A stretch of 64,000 nucleotides of DNA from a virus (lineage: Duplodnaviria; Caudoviricetes): the IMG/VR virus record IMGVR_UViG_3300031669_005479, positions 128,001 to 192,000 of that record. One strand, given 5' to 3'. The notes beneath the pieces were generated by a model. It searched no databases. It saw nothing but the letters and a program-made list of their open reading frames with translations, and was not told where the DNA came from. Shown here piece after piece: positions 52,092 to 59,879 of this stretch. How positions within the stretch are numbered: the stretch's first letter is position 1; each line of letters starts with the position of its first letter. The translations under genes were made by a program, and so were the position numbers.

Positions 52092-52222
52092 CAAAAATAG
52101 GGTAGAATGGTGAGACAGCTTCCCCTCGGACTAAAGGCATCAGGATTTGACGATGCCGATGTGAAGCATAGGTCAAGCAATGCATTGACTTAGGTCGAAC
52201 CAAGAAAATCGAGGTTATTTAT

Positions 52223-52295
52223 TGCTATGTAGTGTAATGGTTTAGCACAAGTGACTTTGAATCACTTAGTTACAGTTCGAATCTGTACATAGCAA
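52223..52295 (+). tRNA. trnQ: tRNA-Gln(UUG), canonical
   Basis: TGCTATG/CATAGCA, AGTGA-CTTTGAA-TCACT. Confidence 0.9.
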
Positions 52296-52304
52296 CTATT
52301 TTTA

Positions 52305-52386
52305 ATGTGGAAGTTAAAAAAATTCATTATTTTTACAAAAACATTATGTGGAAGTTAAAAAAATTCATTATTTTTACAAAAACATT
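52305..52386 (+). repeat. Exact 41-bp tandem duplication
   Basis: ATGTGGAAGTTAAAAAAATTCATTATTTTTACAAAAACATT twice. Confidence 0.9.
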
Positions 52387-52389
52387 ATT

Positions 52390-52773
52390 ATGAAGTATAA
52401 CCTATATCTTGATGACTTCCGTGACCCCATAGATTCTGCATATTATCTTAATAATCCTATTTATGAAACACTTCAATGGATTGTTGTTAGAAATTATGAT
52501 GAATTTATTAAGTGTGTTATAGAAAATAGTATTCCAGAAGTAATATCCTTCGATCATGACTTGGCAGCAACACATTATGACCATCAATCTAATATAGAAT
52601 ACGATGTATTTACAGAAAAAACTGGTTATGATTGTGCTAAATGGTTTATTGATTATGTGATTGATAATAAATCGAAACTACCAAAAACAATACTTATTCA
52701 TTCGATGAATCCTGCTGGAAGTGCTAATATTAAATCGCTATTTGATAGTTATATTAAATCATTAAATCTGTAA
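52390..52773 (+). CDS. Cyclic-phosphate processing receiver-like domain protein
   Basis: LYLDDFRDP...VRNYDEF...ISFDHDL...TGYDCAKW...HSMNPAG..NI; start moved past the duplicated upstream segment. Confidence 0.75.
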   Translation: MKYNLYLDDFRDPIDSAYYLNNPIYETLQWIVVRNYDEFIKCVIENSIPEVISFDHDLAATHYDHQSNIEYDVFTEKTGYDCAKWFIDYVIDNKSKLPKTILIHSMNPAGSANIKSLFDSYIKSLNL

Positions 52774-52825
52774 CAAATTTTAAATGTTTTCGTATAATCA
52801 ACATATTTATATATAAATCGATATT

Positions 52826-53467
52826 ATGAAAAATGGATTAAATGAAAAACAAATACTATTCGAAATGATGGAAAAAATAAATCCAGATTTCAGATATAAT
52901 ACCGATGTCATTGAAGGTGTTGGAGATAAATTTTTATCTAATAAACATATAGTTCCCGATGAATTTGATGAATTCGATAAAACATATTCTGCAACACAGA
53001 ATGATAAAAATGGTGTTGTTTATCAGGAAGGTAATTGGCAGATATTAAAAAATCCCCAATCATTAACGGGTTTTGGTGCATCAGTCAGAGGAATCATTAT
53101 GGATAATGGTGATTTATATCTTGAATCTCATGCAAAAAAAATTCATAATGATATACTTAAGATTTTAACAGAAATTGGTGTATTTACACAAATGCCACAA
53201 ATAAATTGGGGTATGAGAATTCCCCAAGAGAGTGGGTTTTTAACCGTTCAGAGATATAAAAATTCTCCATATATTGCTATAGGTGAAAGTAATCGAATTA
53301 TATATAAAATCGATAACTACGATAAACTAAAAAAATATTATGATGAATATATTGATAAGGCAAAAATAAAAATGCCAAACATTGAATTTATCGATAAACT
53401 TGTTGGTTCAAAAAGTGTTGTAAATACAAGTGGTGCTAATATTATGAATGAAACCTATTTAAAATAG
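52826..53467 (+). CDS. Late protein with N-terminal KQILFEMMEKINPDF tag
   Basis: ATATTTATA upstream; tag shared. Confidence 0.6.
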   Translation: MKNGLNEKQILFEMMEKINPDFRYNTDVIEGVGDKFLSNKHIVPDEFDEFDKTYSATQNDKNGVVYQEGNWQILKNPQSLTGFGASVRGIIMDNGDLYLESHAKKIHNDILKILTEIGVFTQMPQINWGMRIPQESGFLTVQRYKNSPYIAIGESNRIIYKIDNYDKLKKYYDEYIDKAKIKMPNIEFIDKLVGSKSVVNTSGANIMNETYLK

Positions 53468-53746
53468 TTATTTCATCATCTAATTTCCTAAGTATTTATC
53501 ATTAAAGATATAAACATATTTACAATATAACAGTTAGGACTGTTATGGTTTCGACCAAATTAGGGATGATAAACGTTCGCTACTATTATCATCCCTTTCT
53601 TTATTGTAAAAATTTATCCAAAATTATGCATTAATTATGTTGCTAATATTATTGGTAGATTGATAATAAGATATTTAAAATATTTTTTCTTGTTTTTATA
53701 ATAATTAAATATTTCCTTTGCATTGAAAATTTAAACACACAAAACT

Positions 53747-54649
53747 ATGAAAATTACTATTGATTATCTTAAAAAAATTAGGGCTTGTGATGAAGCAATT
53801 GCTAGGTTTAACAACACACCTGAACTACATTCAGTTAATATTGAAAAATCAACTGAAATTATTGTTGGTGATGTATCATTATTTAATGATATTAATTGGT
53901 TAGTTAATAAGTTAAAAGGTAAACTGCCTGTTAGAAAGTTAACCTATAAAGGTTCTGATGGTTATTGGTCAGAAATGACTTATGATGATAATGGAAATAA
54001 GTTAACATATAAAAATTCTGATGGTTATTGGTTAGAATATACCTATGATGAAAATGGAAAATTGTTAACCACTAAAAATTCTGATGGTTATTGGTTAGAA
54101 TATACCTATGATGATAATGGAAAATTGTTAACCACTAAAAATTCTGATGGTTATTGGGAAGAAAACACCTATGATGATAATGGAAATAAGTTAACACATA
54201 AGAAATCTAATGGTAGTTGGGAAGAAAACACCTATGATGATAATGGAAATAAGTTAACATATAAAAATTCTGATGGTTATTGGGAAGAAAACACCTATGA
54301 TGATAATGGAAATAAGTTAACATATAAAAATTCTAATGGTTATTGGGAAGAAAACACCTATGATGATAATGGAAATAAGTTAACATATAAGAATTCTGAT
54401 GGTTATTGGGAAGAAAACACCTATGATGATAATGGAAATTTGTTAACCACTAAAGATTCTAAAGGTTATTCGTGTGAATATACCTATGATGAAAATGGAA
54501 ATAAATTAACCTATAAGGATTCTAAAGGTTATTCGTGTGAATATACGTATGATGAAAATGGAAATAAATTAACCAATAAGGATTCTAATGACAATATTAC
54601 TGATTACCCTAAATTAAAATATGATTTGACTATTTTTGAAATAAAATAA
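53747..54649 (+). CDS. YD-like tandem-repeat protein (10 x 21 aa)
   Basis: Repeat KLTYKNSDGYWEENTYDDNGN (63 bp). Confidence 0.8.
   Translation: MKITIDYLKKIRACDEAIARFNNTPELHSVNIEKSTEIIVGDVSLFNDINWLVNKLKGKLPVRKLTYKGSDGYWSEMTYDDNGNKLTYKNSDGYWLEYTYDENGKLLTTKNSDGYWLEYTYDDNGKLLTTKNSDGYWEENTYDDNGNKLTHKKSNGSWEENTYDDNGNKLTYKNSDGYWEENTYDDNGNKLTYKNSNGYWEENTYDDNGNKLTYKNSDGYWEENTYDDNGNLLTTKDSKGYSCEYTYDENGNKLTYKDSKGYSCEYTYDENGNKLTNKDSNDNITDYPKLKYDLTIFEIK
53936..54591 (+). repeat. 63-bp coding tandem repeat, about 10.4 copies
   Basis: Directly visible; several copies near-identical. Confidence 0.9.
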
Positions 54650-54710
54650 TTCTAATAACTAATTGAGAATTAAGTATTTGAGAAATATATTGAAAATATT
54701 TTAAAAATAG

Positions 54711-54741
54711 TTTGCAATTATTGTAACATTTTATACCTTTG
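54711..54741 (+). promoter_or_regulatory. Bacteroidota sigma-A-type promoter for tRNA cluster 2
   Basis: TTTG-N19-TACCTTTG. Confidence 0.75.
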
Positions 54742-54789
54742 CATCGTATTTAGATAGAAAGAAACAAAAACAATTTAAATTATAAAACA

Positions 54790-54879
54790 ATGAAAAATTT
54801 ACTCGACATATTAATGGCAACTTTGGTGGAAGTCCTATTATGGGCAGACGCAGAGGATAAATTACGCACAGTCGGGTAA
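54790..54879 (+). CDS. Putative attenuator leader peptide (MKNLLDILMATLVEVLLWADAEDKLRTVG)
   Basis: 19 of 29 codons are L/D/A/V/E/W, the amino acids of the downstream tRNAs; ends in AGTCGGGT, a copy of the terminator 3' arm. Confidence 0.8.
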   Translation: MKNLLDILMATLVEVLLWADAEDKLRTVG

Positions 54880-54908
54880 TGTATATTACACACTCCTTTC
54901 TTAATAAG

Positions 54909-54943
54909 AAAAACCCGACAAACGAAAGTAAGTCGGGTTTTTT
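54909..54943 (+). terminator. Attenuator terminator 2
   Basis: AAAAACCCGAC-aaacgaaagtaa-GTCGGGTTTTTT between the leader and tRNA-Asp. Confidence 0.85.
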
Positions 54944-54983
54944 GATTTTTAGGTTGGATGTTCTTTGACATGTTGGAAATTTT

Positions 54984-55060
54984 GGTGATGTAGTTCAGTT
55001 GGCTAGAATGGGGCACTGTCTATGCTCAGGTCGAGGGTTCGAGTCCCTTCATCACCGCCA
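54984..55060 (+). tRNA. trnD: tRNA-Asp(GUC), CCA encoded
   Basis: GGTGATG/CATCACC, GGGCA-CTGTCTA-TGCTC, G73, CCA. Confidence 0.92.
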
Positions 55061-55076
55061 AATTATAATATTAAAT

Positions 55077-55160
55077 GCGGCGTTATACAAGTGGCTAAAG
55101 TGGCAAGACCTTCAATCTTGTATCGAAAGATTTCGAGGGGTTCGAATCCCCCACGCCGTA
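55077..55160 (+). tRNA. tRNA with UUC (Glu) anticodon, C33 and long variable arm
   Basis: GCGGCGT/ACGCCGT, CAAGA-CCTTCAA-TCTTG, variable arm ATC-GAAA-GAT, Tyr-like D loop AAGTGGCTAAA. Confidence 0.7.
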
Positions 55161-55255
55161 CGAAGTTCAATATGAAATATAGTGGTTTCAGAGGTTTGTT
55201 CATATTGAGGTTTAGTAATTCCAAGGTCGATAATAATGACCAAAAATCTCGCCAT

Positions 55256-55327
55256 GCTCGATTCGTCTAACGATTAGGACAAATGGTTTTCGTCCATTAA
55301 ATGAGGGTTTGATTCCCTCATCGAGTA
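55256..55327 (+). tRNA. trnE: tRNA-Glu(UUC)
   Basis: GCTCGAT/ATCGAGT, AATGG-TTTTCGT-CCATT. Confidence 0.85.
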
Positions 55328-55335
55328 CAATAATT

Positions 55336-55406
55336 TGGGGAATTGATGTAATGGTAGCGTGTTTGGCCTACATCCAAAACGAAATAGTTCGATTCTATTA
55401 TTCCCT
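55336..55406 (+). tRNA. trnV: tRNA-Val(UAC), atypical (C33, U1.U72)
   Basis: TTTGG-CCTACAT-CCAAA, AATAG-TTCGATT-CTATT. Confidence 0.75.
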
Positions 55407-55418
55407 ACAAAATAAATT

Positions 55419-55493
55419 GCGAGTGTAGCCGAATGGTTAATAGGCAACTGTTTTAGAAACAGAAATTTGCGGGTTCGACTCCCGCCATTCGCA
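55419..55493 (+). tRNA. tRNA with UAG (Leu) anticodon and short variable loop
   Basis: GCGAGTG/CATTCGC, (A)CTGT-TTTAGAA-ACAG(A), 5-nt variable region, A73. Confidence 0.75.
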
Positions 55494-55516
55494 CAAAGGG
55501 TTAAAAACAAAACTAT

Positions 55517-55603
55517 GGGGATGTGATGAAATTGGCGATACATGCCAGACTTAGAATCTGGTGCTAATAAACTGGCGTGTGGGTTCGAATCCCACCATCC
55601 TCA
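55517..55603 (+). tRNA. trnL: tRNA-Leu(UAG), canonical class II
   Basis: GGGGATG/CATCCTC, CCAGA-CTTAGAA-TCTGG, long variable arm, A73. Confidence 0.92.
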
Positions 55604-55716
55604 CGTTTAGACCGTTTAGAATTTTTATTAGTAATGAAAATGCTAGTAAACATAAAAGTTGTTCAATCACATTGGATGAATTATTGACGAGAATTAAAAT
55701 GTGGAATGTGAAATAT

Positions 55717-55791
55717 GGGGCGTTAACTCAGTCTGCCTAGAGTGCTGCACTTGCAATGCAGAGGTCATCGGTTGAAATCCGATACGTTCCA
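55717..55791 (+). tRNA. trnA: tRNA-Ala(UGC)
   Basis: GGGGCGT/ACGTTCC with G3.U70, CTGCA-CTTGCAA-TGCAG. Confidence 0.92.
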
Positions 55792-55848
55792 CGAGTAGAC
55801 CGTTTTAGAATTTTTTATTGACTAAGAGTAACGTAGAAAAATTCATAT

Positions 55849-55922
55849 GGCTCTGTAGCCGAACTGGAATAGGCAACTGTTTTAAAATCAGAAATTTGTG
55901 GGTTCGAGTCCCACCAGAGCTA
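55849..55922 (+). tRNA. tRNA with UAA (Leu) anticodon and short variable loop
   Basis: GGCTCTG/CAGAGCT; body paralogous to the 55419 tRNA; weak anticodon stem (CTG/CAG). Confidence 0.7.
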
Positions 55923-56081
55923 CAAATCGTCTGGAGATTCCAGACAAAGTTTTTATAGTAAAATTTATTATTGTTTAATGAATGAAATTGAGTTACATGT
56001 TATTGATACTACAGAACAAAAATGTTTTAAAAAATGTATCTCTGAAAAGTATTTAAATATGATTATTAATATCATTAATAC

Positions 56082-56164
56082 ACGTCCGTAGGCATTGGTA
56101 AGCCAAACAGTCTCCAAAACTGCAACCCGAAAGGGTCTTGCTCGTTCGAATCGAGCTGGACGTG
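56082..56164 (+). tRNA. trnW: tRNA-Trp(CCA) with long variable arm and 4-bp anticodon stem
   Basis: ACGTCCG/TGGACGT, G73, (A)CAGT-CTCCAAA-ACTG(C), variable arm ACCC-GAAA-GGGT. Confidence 0.82.
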
Positions 56165-56257
56165 CTAATTTTTATAAATTTTGTAACATTTTGAATAGAG
56201 TATACGTATCATAAGAATCATTTAGTATTTTATTAATTTTGTAAAATTTATAAAGTT

Positions 56258-56995
56258 ATGTATATTATTGCAAAGAAAAACGAAAAGGATTATTATGATG
56301 GTGTTGTTGGTACCGTAGGTATTGATAAAACAATTGTGTATGAACGTAATATTATTGATGTCGAAAACAATAAAATTCCACCATTATTTAAAGAAGCAAC
56401 ATTATCCAATTTCGATAATATTAAAAATAATTACTTTCATCAACTACATGACTTCAGAATTGATAAAATCCATGAAAATAAATTTCCATACGATTCATAC
56501 TTTATTGTAGGATTTTGTGGAAAACTATATGTGGGTTGGAAACTTTATAGTTTTAAAAACATCAATAACGATGTGCTTATTACAATTACGTATGATTTGG
56601 ATTATATCTTTGAACTTTTTGACGAAAAAAATCGATTTGGTAATAGTCTATATGATATTGTTAGTTATATTTTAAACTATGATGCCATCGATTTGTTTAG
56701 AGAATTAAATACACCAATTTTCATATATGATTATGATAGTAATGTGAAAAATATTAGTGGTTATTGTCGTGAATATCATAATTCAAAATTCATTATAAAT
56801 CCACTATTAAAAAACTATGAATTTTATAAAAAATTTGATAGTTTTCAAACATTTCAAGAAATAAGTATGTTTATTGGTGGAGTGTTAGGTAGTAAAGAAA
56901 AGAAAATTATTGAAGTTGAGGACAAGTATAAAATTGCACAACATGGCTTTAATAAATGGAGTTTTAGAAAAGAACCTAAAGATAAATCGATATAA
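56258..56995 (+). CDS. Hypothetical protein
   Basis: Intact 245-aa ORF. Confidence 0.6.
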   Translation: MYIIAKKNEKDYYDGVVGTVGIDKTIVYERNIIDVENNKIPPLFKEATLSNFDNIKNNYFHQLHDFRIDKIHENKFPYDSYFIVGFCGKLYVGWKLYSFKNINNDVLITITYDLDYIFELFDEKNRFGNSLYDIVSYILNYDAIDLFRELNTPIFIYDYDSNVKNISGYCREYHNSKFIINPLLKNYEFYKKFDSFQTFQEISMFIGGVLGSKEKKIIEVEDKYKIAQHGFNKWSFRKEPKDKSI

Positions 56996-57101
56996 TTTCA
57001 ATATACATGAATACTGGTATTGTAAGGAAAAATTGTCGTTACTTTTGAAATGTTAAAATTTTGTTGTTTATTTGTAACCATAAATTAATAAATATTGTGC
57101 T

Positions 57102-57539
57102 ATGTTTAATCCAGAGAGAAAAAGGGAAGAATTTGAAATAGAATTACATAATTTTATTAATTCATCTGAAGGAGATGCTTACTTTGAGAATGAAAGAATC
57201 AAAGAAGAGTTAAAACAAATTCGTTACAAACATTTTGAAAAATTTCTTGAATCAAACGATTTTGATAAACTCATGTATCGTTTAATTCTTGAACATGATG
57301 ATGAGTGGAGAGAAAAATGTTGGCATAATGGATGTGAGCCATATCCAAATAATAAATTAGGATTTGTTATTGATTATGTTACAAATAATTTTGATACCAT
57401 AGATGTTCCACAACTTCAAAATTCTTTTAATACACAAATTTGGTTTTTTAAGGGATATTATTTTAGAATAACGTTTGGACAGGGAGTTGTCTTTGATTTG
57501 TATAACGGAGACGATTTTAGTCATTTGTTACATGCATAA
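57102..57539 (+). CDS. Hypothetical protein
   Basis: Intact ORF with promoter-like TATTTG upstream. Confidence 0.55.
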   Translation: MFNPERKREEFEIELHNFINSSEGDAYFENERIKEELKQIRYKHFEKFLESNDFDKLMYRLILEHDDEWREKCWHNGCEPYPNNKLGFVIDYVTNNFDTIDVPQLQNSFNTQIWFFKGYYFRITFGQGVVFDLYNGDDFSHLLHA

Positions 57540-57639
57540 TTATTTGGCGAAGTGATGAATTGGTGGGAGGTAGAACTTGGTGGAGTTAATAAAGGTGCAG
57601 AAAGATTACGTGCTAAAACAGAAATTAAAAAAGAATTAA

Positions 57640-57831
57640 ATGAGTTTACTTTTTAGAAATTGGCTCGATGAAGGTTATTATAAAGAAGATGGTTATGATG
57701 ATTTAACTCGAATTGAAGACCGTGCAGATATTCTTCGTGCGCAAAAGGAAAACACACTATATCAAAATGATGGTATGACTACCACAAAAGTAAATGATGG
57801 TGAAAATATTGAATTATGGCAAAAGCAATAA
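57640..57831 (+). CDS. Small hypothetical protein
   Basis: ORF track; plausible codon usage, unverified. Confidence 0.35.
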   Translation: MSLLFRNWLDEGYYKEDGYDDLTRIEDRADILRAQKENTLYQNDGMTTTKVNDGENIELWQKQ

Positions 57832-57941
57832 AAAACAATAAATCTATACCCAAAGAGGATGATTGTAAATGTGGTAAATCTGTTAAAATAACACAAAGAA
57901 AAAATATTGGATATAAAAAAACAATTAAAAAAAGAATATAG

Positions 57942-58016
57942 CCCCTAGTGACGTAACTTGGCAAACGTGTTCGGCTCAAACCCGAAATTTTGTGGGTTCG
58001 AATCCCACTTAGGGGA
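57942..58016 (+). tRNA. tRNA with CAA (Leu) anticodon and short variable loop
   Basis: CCCCTAG/TTAGGGG, TTCGG-CTCAAAC-CCGAA, 5-nt variable region, A73. Confidence 0.8.
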
Positions 58017-58091
58017 CAACTAATTTAAATTTAATGTTATGAAAAAAATGTATGAAGTTTTGTAAATTGCTCTAATGCAATTGCAAAACAA

Positions 58092-58373
58092 ATGAAAAGT
58101 AAAAAAATCGTGGACACTACCACAAATCGTGGCGAATTCAATCGTGCTTATAAATCGTATCTTGAACATGATGGTAAAATTCGTTGCACTTATTGTTCAT
58201 ATCATCGTGGCGAAAATAAAACCACTCATATGTATTGGGGTGATGATGAGCATATTAAATACCCTAACTGGAAATTAGTTTCAAAGTATTCTAAACGGTG
58301 GATGAAAAAACCGATGAGAATGATTGAACGCACCAATCGATGGGGTAATAATTACGTTGAGATTAAATTTTAG
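58092..58373 (+). CDS. Small basic hypothetical protein with CxxC
   Basis: RCTYCSYHRGEN motif. Confidence 0.55.
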   Translation: MKSKKIVDTTTNRGEFNRAYKSYLEHDGKIRCTYCSYHRGENKTTHMYWGDDEHIKYPNWKLVSKYSKRWMKKPMRMIERTNRWGNNYVEIKF

Positions 58374-58382
58374 ATGCTCTTT

Positions 58383-58453
58383 GGCGACATGGTATAAAGG
58401 TAGAACACCTCTCTCATAAGGAGTTGATACGGGTTCGATTCCCGTTGTCGCTA
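58383..58453 (+). tRNA. tRNA with CAU anticodon (elongator Met or Ile2)
   Basis: GGCGACA/TGTCGCT, loop CTCATAA, ACGGG-TTCGATT-CCCGT; followed by the perfect palindrome ATCCCCTCGAATTCGAGGGGAT. Confidence 0.8.
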
Positions 58454-58494
58454 CAATCCCCTCGAATTCGAGGGGATTATAATTTCCAACATGG

Positions 58495-58746
58495 TTATTT
58501 TTTAATAAACCATTTCCATCCTGCATATGCTATGGATGTAAATATCCAAAGTCCTAAAAGAATGTTGGCGAGTCCAACACCATCTTTATTGTAAACATTA
58601 TTGTAAGATAAAACAATTACAATATAGTTTACAACAATAAACCAATTTTTTTTAAGCCATGATAATGGCTTTGTAATAAACCATGTTTTTATTGCAGTCC
58701 ATTTAACAAATAGCCATGCTACAATTTTGTTCCAGAGATTTTTCAT
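58495..58746 (-). CDS. Small membrane protein
   Basis: Trp-rich amphipathic N-terminus plus two hydrophobic helices. Confidence 0.55.
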   Translation of the reverse strand: MKNLWNKIVAWLFVKWTAIKTWFITKPLSWLKKNWFIVVNYIVIVLSYNNVYNKDGVGLANILLGLWIFTSIAYAGWKWFIKK

Positions 58747-58764
58747 AATTATATTTAGATTATA

Positions 58765-59232
58765 TTATTTGTTGAAATTTAATGTGCAGGTATTTGTGCT
58801 AAAATCAAATTCTAAATCCTTAACAAATAAACCGCTACCATACATAAGTGCAATATCCTCTGGAACCTTAAATTTCCATTGAAAATCACCTATTTGTTTC
58901 ACACTACCATTTGATTCTGGAACAACCGCATCGCTTTGTTTATCACGAAATTCTAGCAAATATTGACCTTCGACACTTTCTCCAACAACAATAAAATTTT
59001 CAATACCTGCATTATTAATTCTAAATCCTGCTTTCCACGTTATTGTGATTTCAGCATTAATTATGTCGGCATCATAATCGCTAGAAAAATTTTCATAGTT
59101 ATAGAAAAAAACGTTTGGGTGTAATATTGTTTGTTTAAATGTGAAATGATTGCTATCATTTGTTGTATTTTGATTTAAAAAATTTTGTACCTCTTCTGTT
59201 ACAATATTTTTTGTTTTAAATTTATTTATCAT
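58765..59232 (-). CDS. Hypothetical late protein
   Basis: AGTATTTATG upstream (about 59247-56). Confidence 0.55.
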   Translation of the reverse strand: MINKFKTKNIVTEEVQNFLNQNTTNDSNHFTFKQTILHPNVFFYNYENFSSDYDADIINAEITITWKAGFRINNAGIENFIVVGESVEGQYLLEFRDKQSDAVVPESNGSVKQIGDFQWKFKVPEDIALMYGSGLFVKDLEFDFSTNTCTLNFNK

Positions 59233-59298
59233 ATTTGTGATTTTTCATAAATACTATATTCTATTCAAATTGTTTTGTATATTTGTAAAAAAAAGTAA

Positions 59299-59835
59299 AT
59301 GCATAACATTATTGAACAGGAATATAGTTCAGCAAAAACATCAATAAAACAAATTCCAGCTGGTGTTAATATTATTGATAAATATTTTGGTTGGAAGCCC
59401 AATACAATTAATTTGGATATTGGTGGTGGAAAATATGAGTTAATGACAGAGAATTTACATGAGAAGCATGTTTTGAATTTAGTTTATGATCCCTATAATA
59501 GAAGCATTGCACACAATCAAATGGTTTTAACGGCATGTAAATCACTTGTAATAGATACTGTAACCATATTTAATGTGCTGAATGTTATTAAGGAGCGTGA
59601 AATTCAAATAGAGGTGATTAATCTTGCATTAGCGATGCTTAAAATGAACGGTATGTTATTTGTCAGGTCAACATATATGAATAAAAATAAGGTGTCTGGC
59701 GTAACAAAATTGGGCACATTTCAGCATCACATGAAGCAATCAGAGTATCTTAAGATAGTTCAGAATGTTTTTCCAAATGCTGAGTTAAATCATGGAATAA
59801 TCTTTGCAAAAAAGTTATCCAACATAGTAACATAA
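59299..59835 (+). CDS. Class I SAM-dependent methyltransferase-like protein
   Basis: NLDIGGGK, VYDPYN, NVLNVI motifs. Confidence 0.65.
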   Translation: MHNIIEQEYSSAKTSIKQIPAGVNIIDKYFGWKPNTINLDIGGGKYELMTENLHEKHVLNLVYDPYNRSIAHNQMVLTACKSLVIDTVTIFNVLNVIKEREIQIEVINLALAMLKMNGMLFVRSTYMNKNKVSGVTKLGTFQHHMKQSEYLKIVQNVFPNAELNHGIIFAKKLSNIVT

Positions 59836-59879
59836 AGTAAAAATATTCGTATAATTAGTAAATTATAATTCTTACTATA

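Noticed and set aside
53936-54591. CRISPR array or DGR template/variable repeat
   Set aside because: Repeats are contiguous, in-frame and spacer-less; differences are not adenine-specific, and there is no reverse transcriptase in the window.
55077-55160. tRNA-Sec or opal suppressor (UCA)
   Set aside because: The 7-nt loop CCTTCAA centres on UUC; a UCA register breaks the anticodon stem, and the D arm is not Sec-like.
55608-55819. Repeated spacer TAGACCGTTT(T)AGAATTTT(T)TATT after tRNA-Leu and tRNA-Ala
   Set aside because: Only two short AT-rich copies; possibly a processing signal, but too little support.
55849-55922. Ochre suppressor (UUA) reading of the 55849 tRNA
   Set aside because: The CTG/CAG pairing centres the loop on UAA; the shifted register has no stem.
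57546-57570. tRNA-like 5' fragment GGCGAAGTGATGAATTGGT
   Set aside because: No anticodon arm, T arm or acceptor 3' strand follows.
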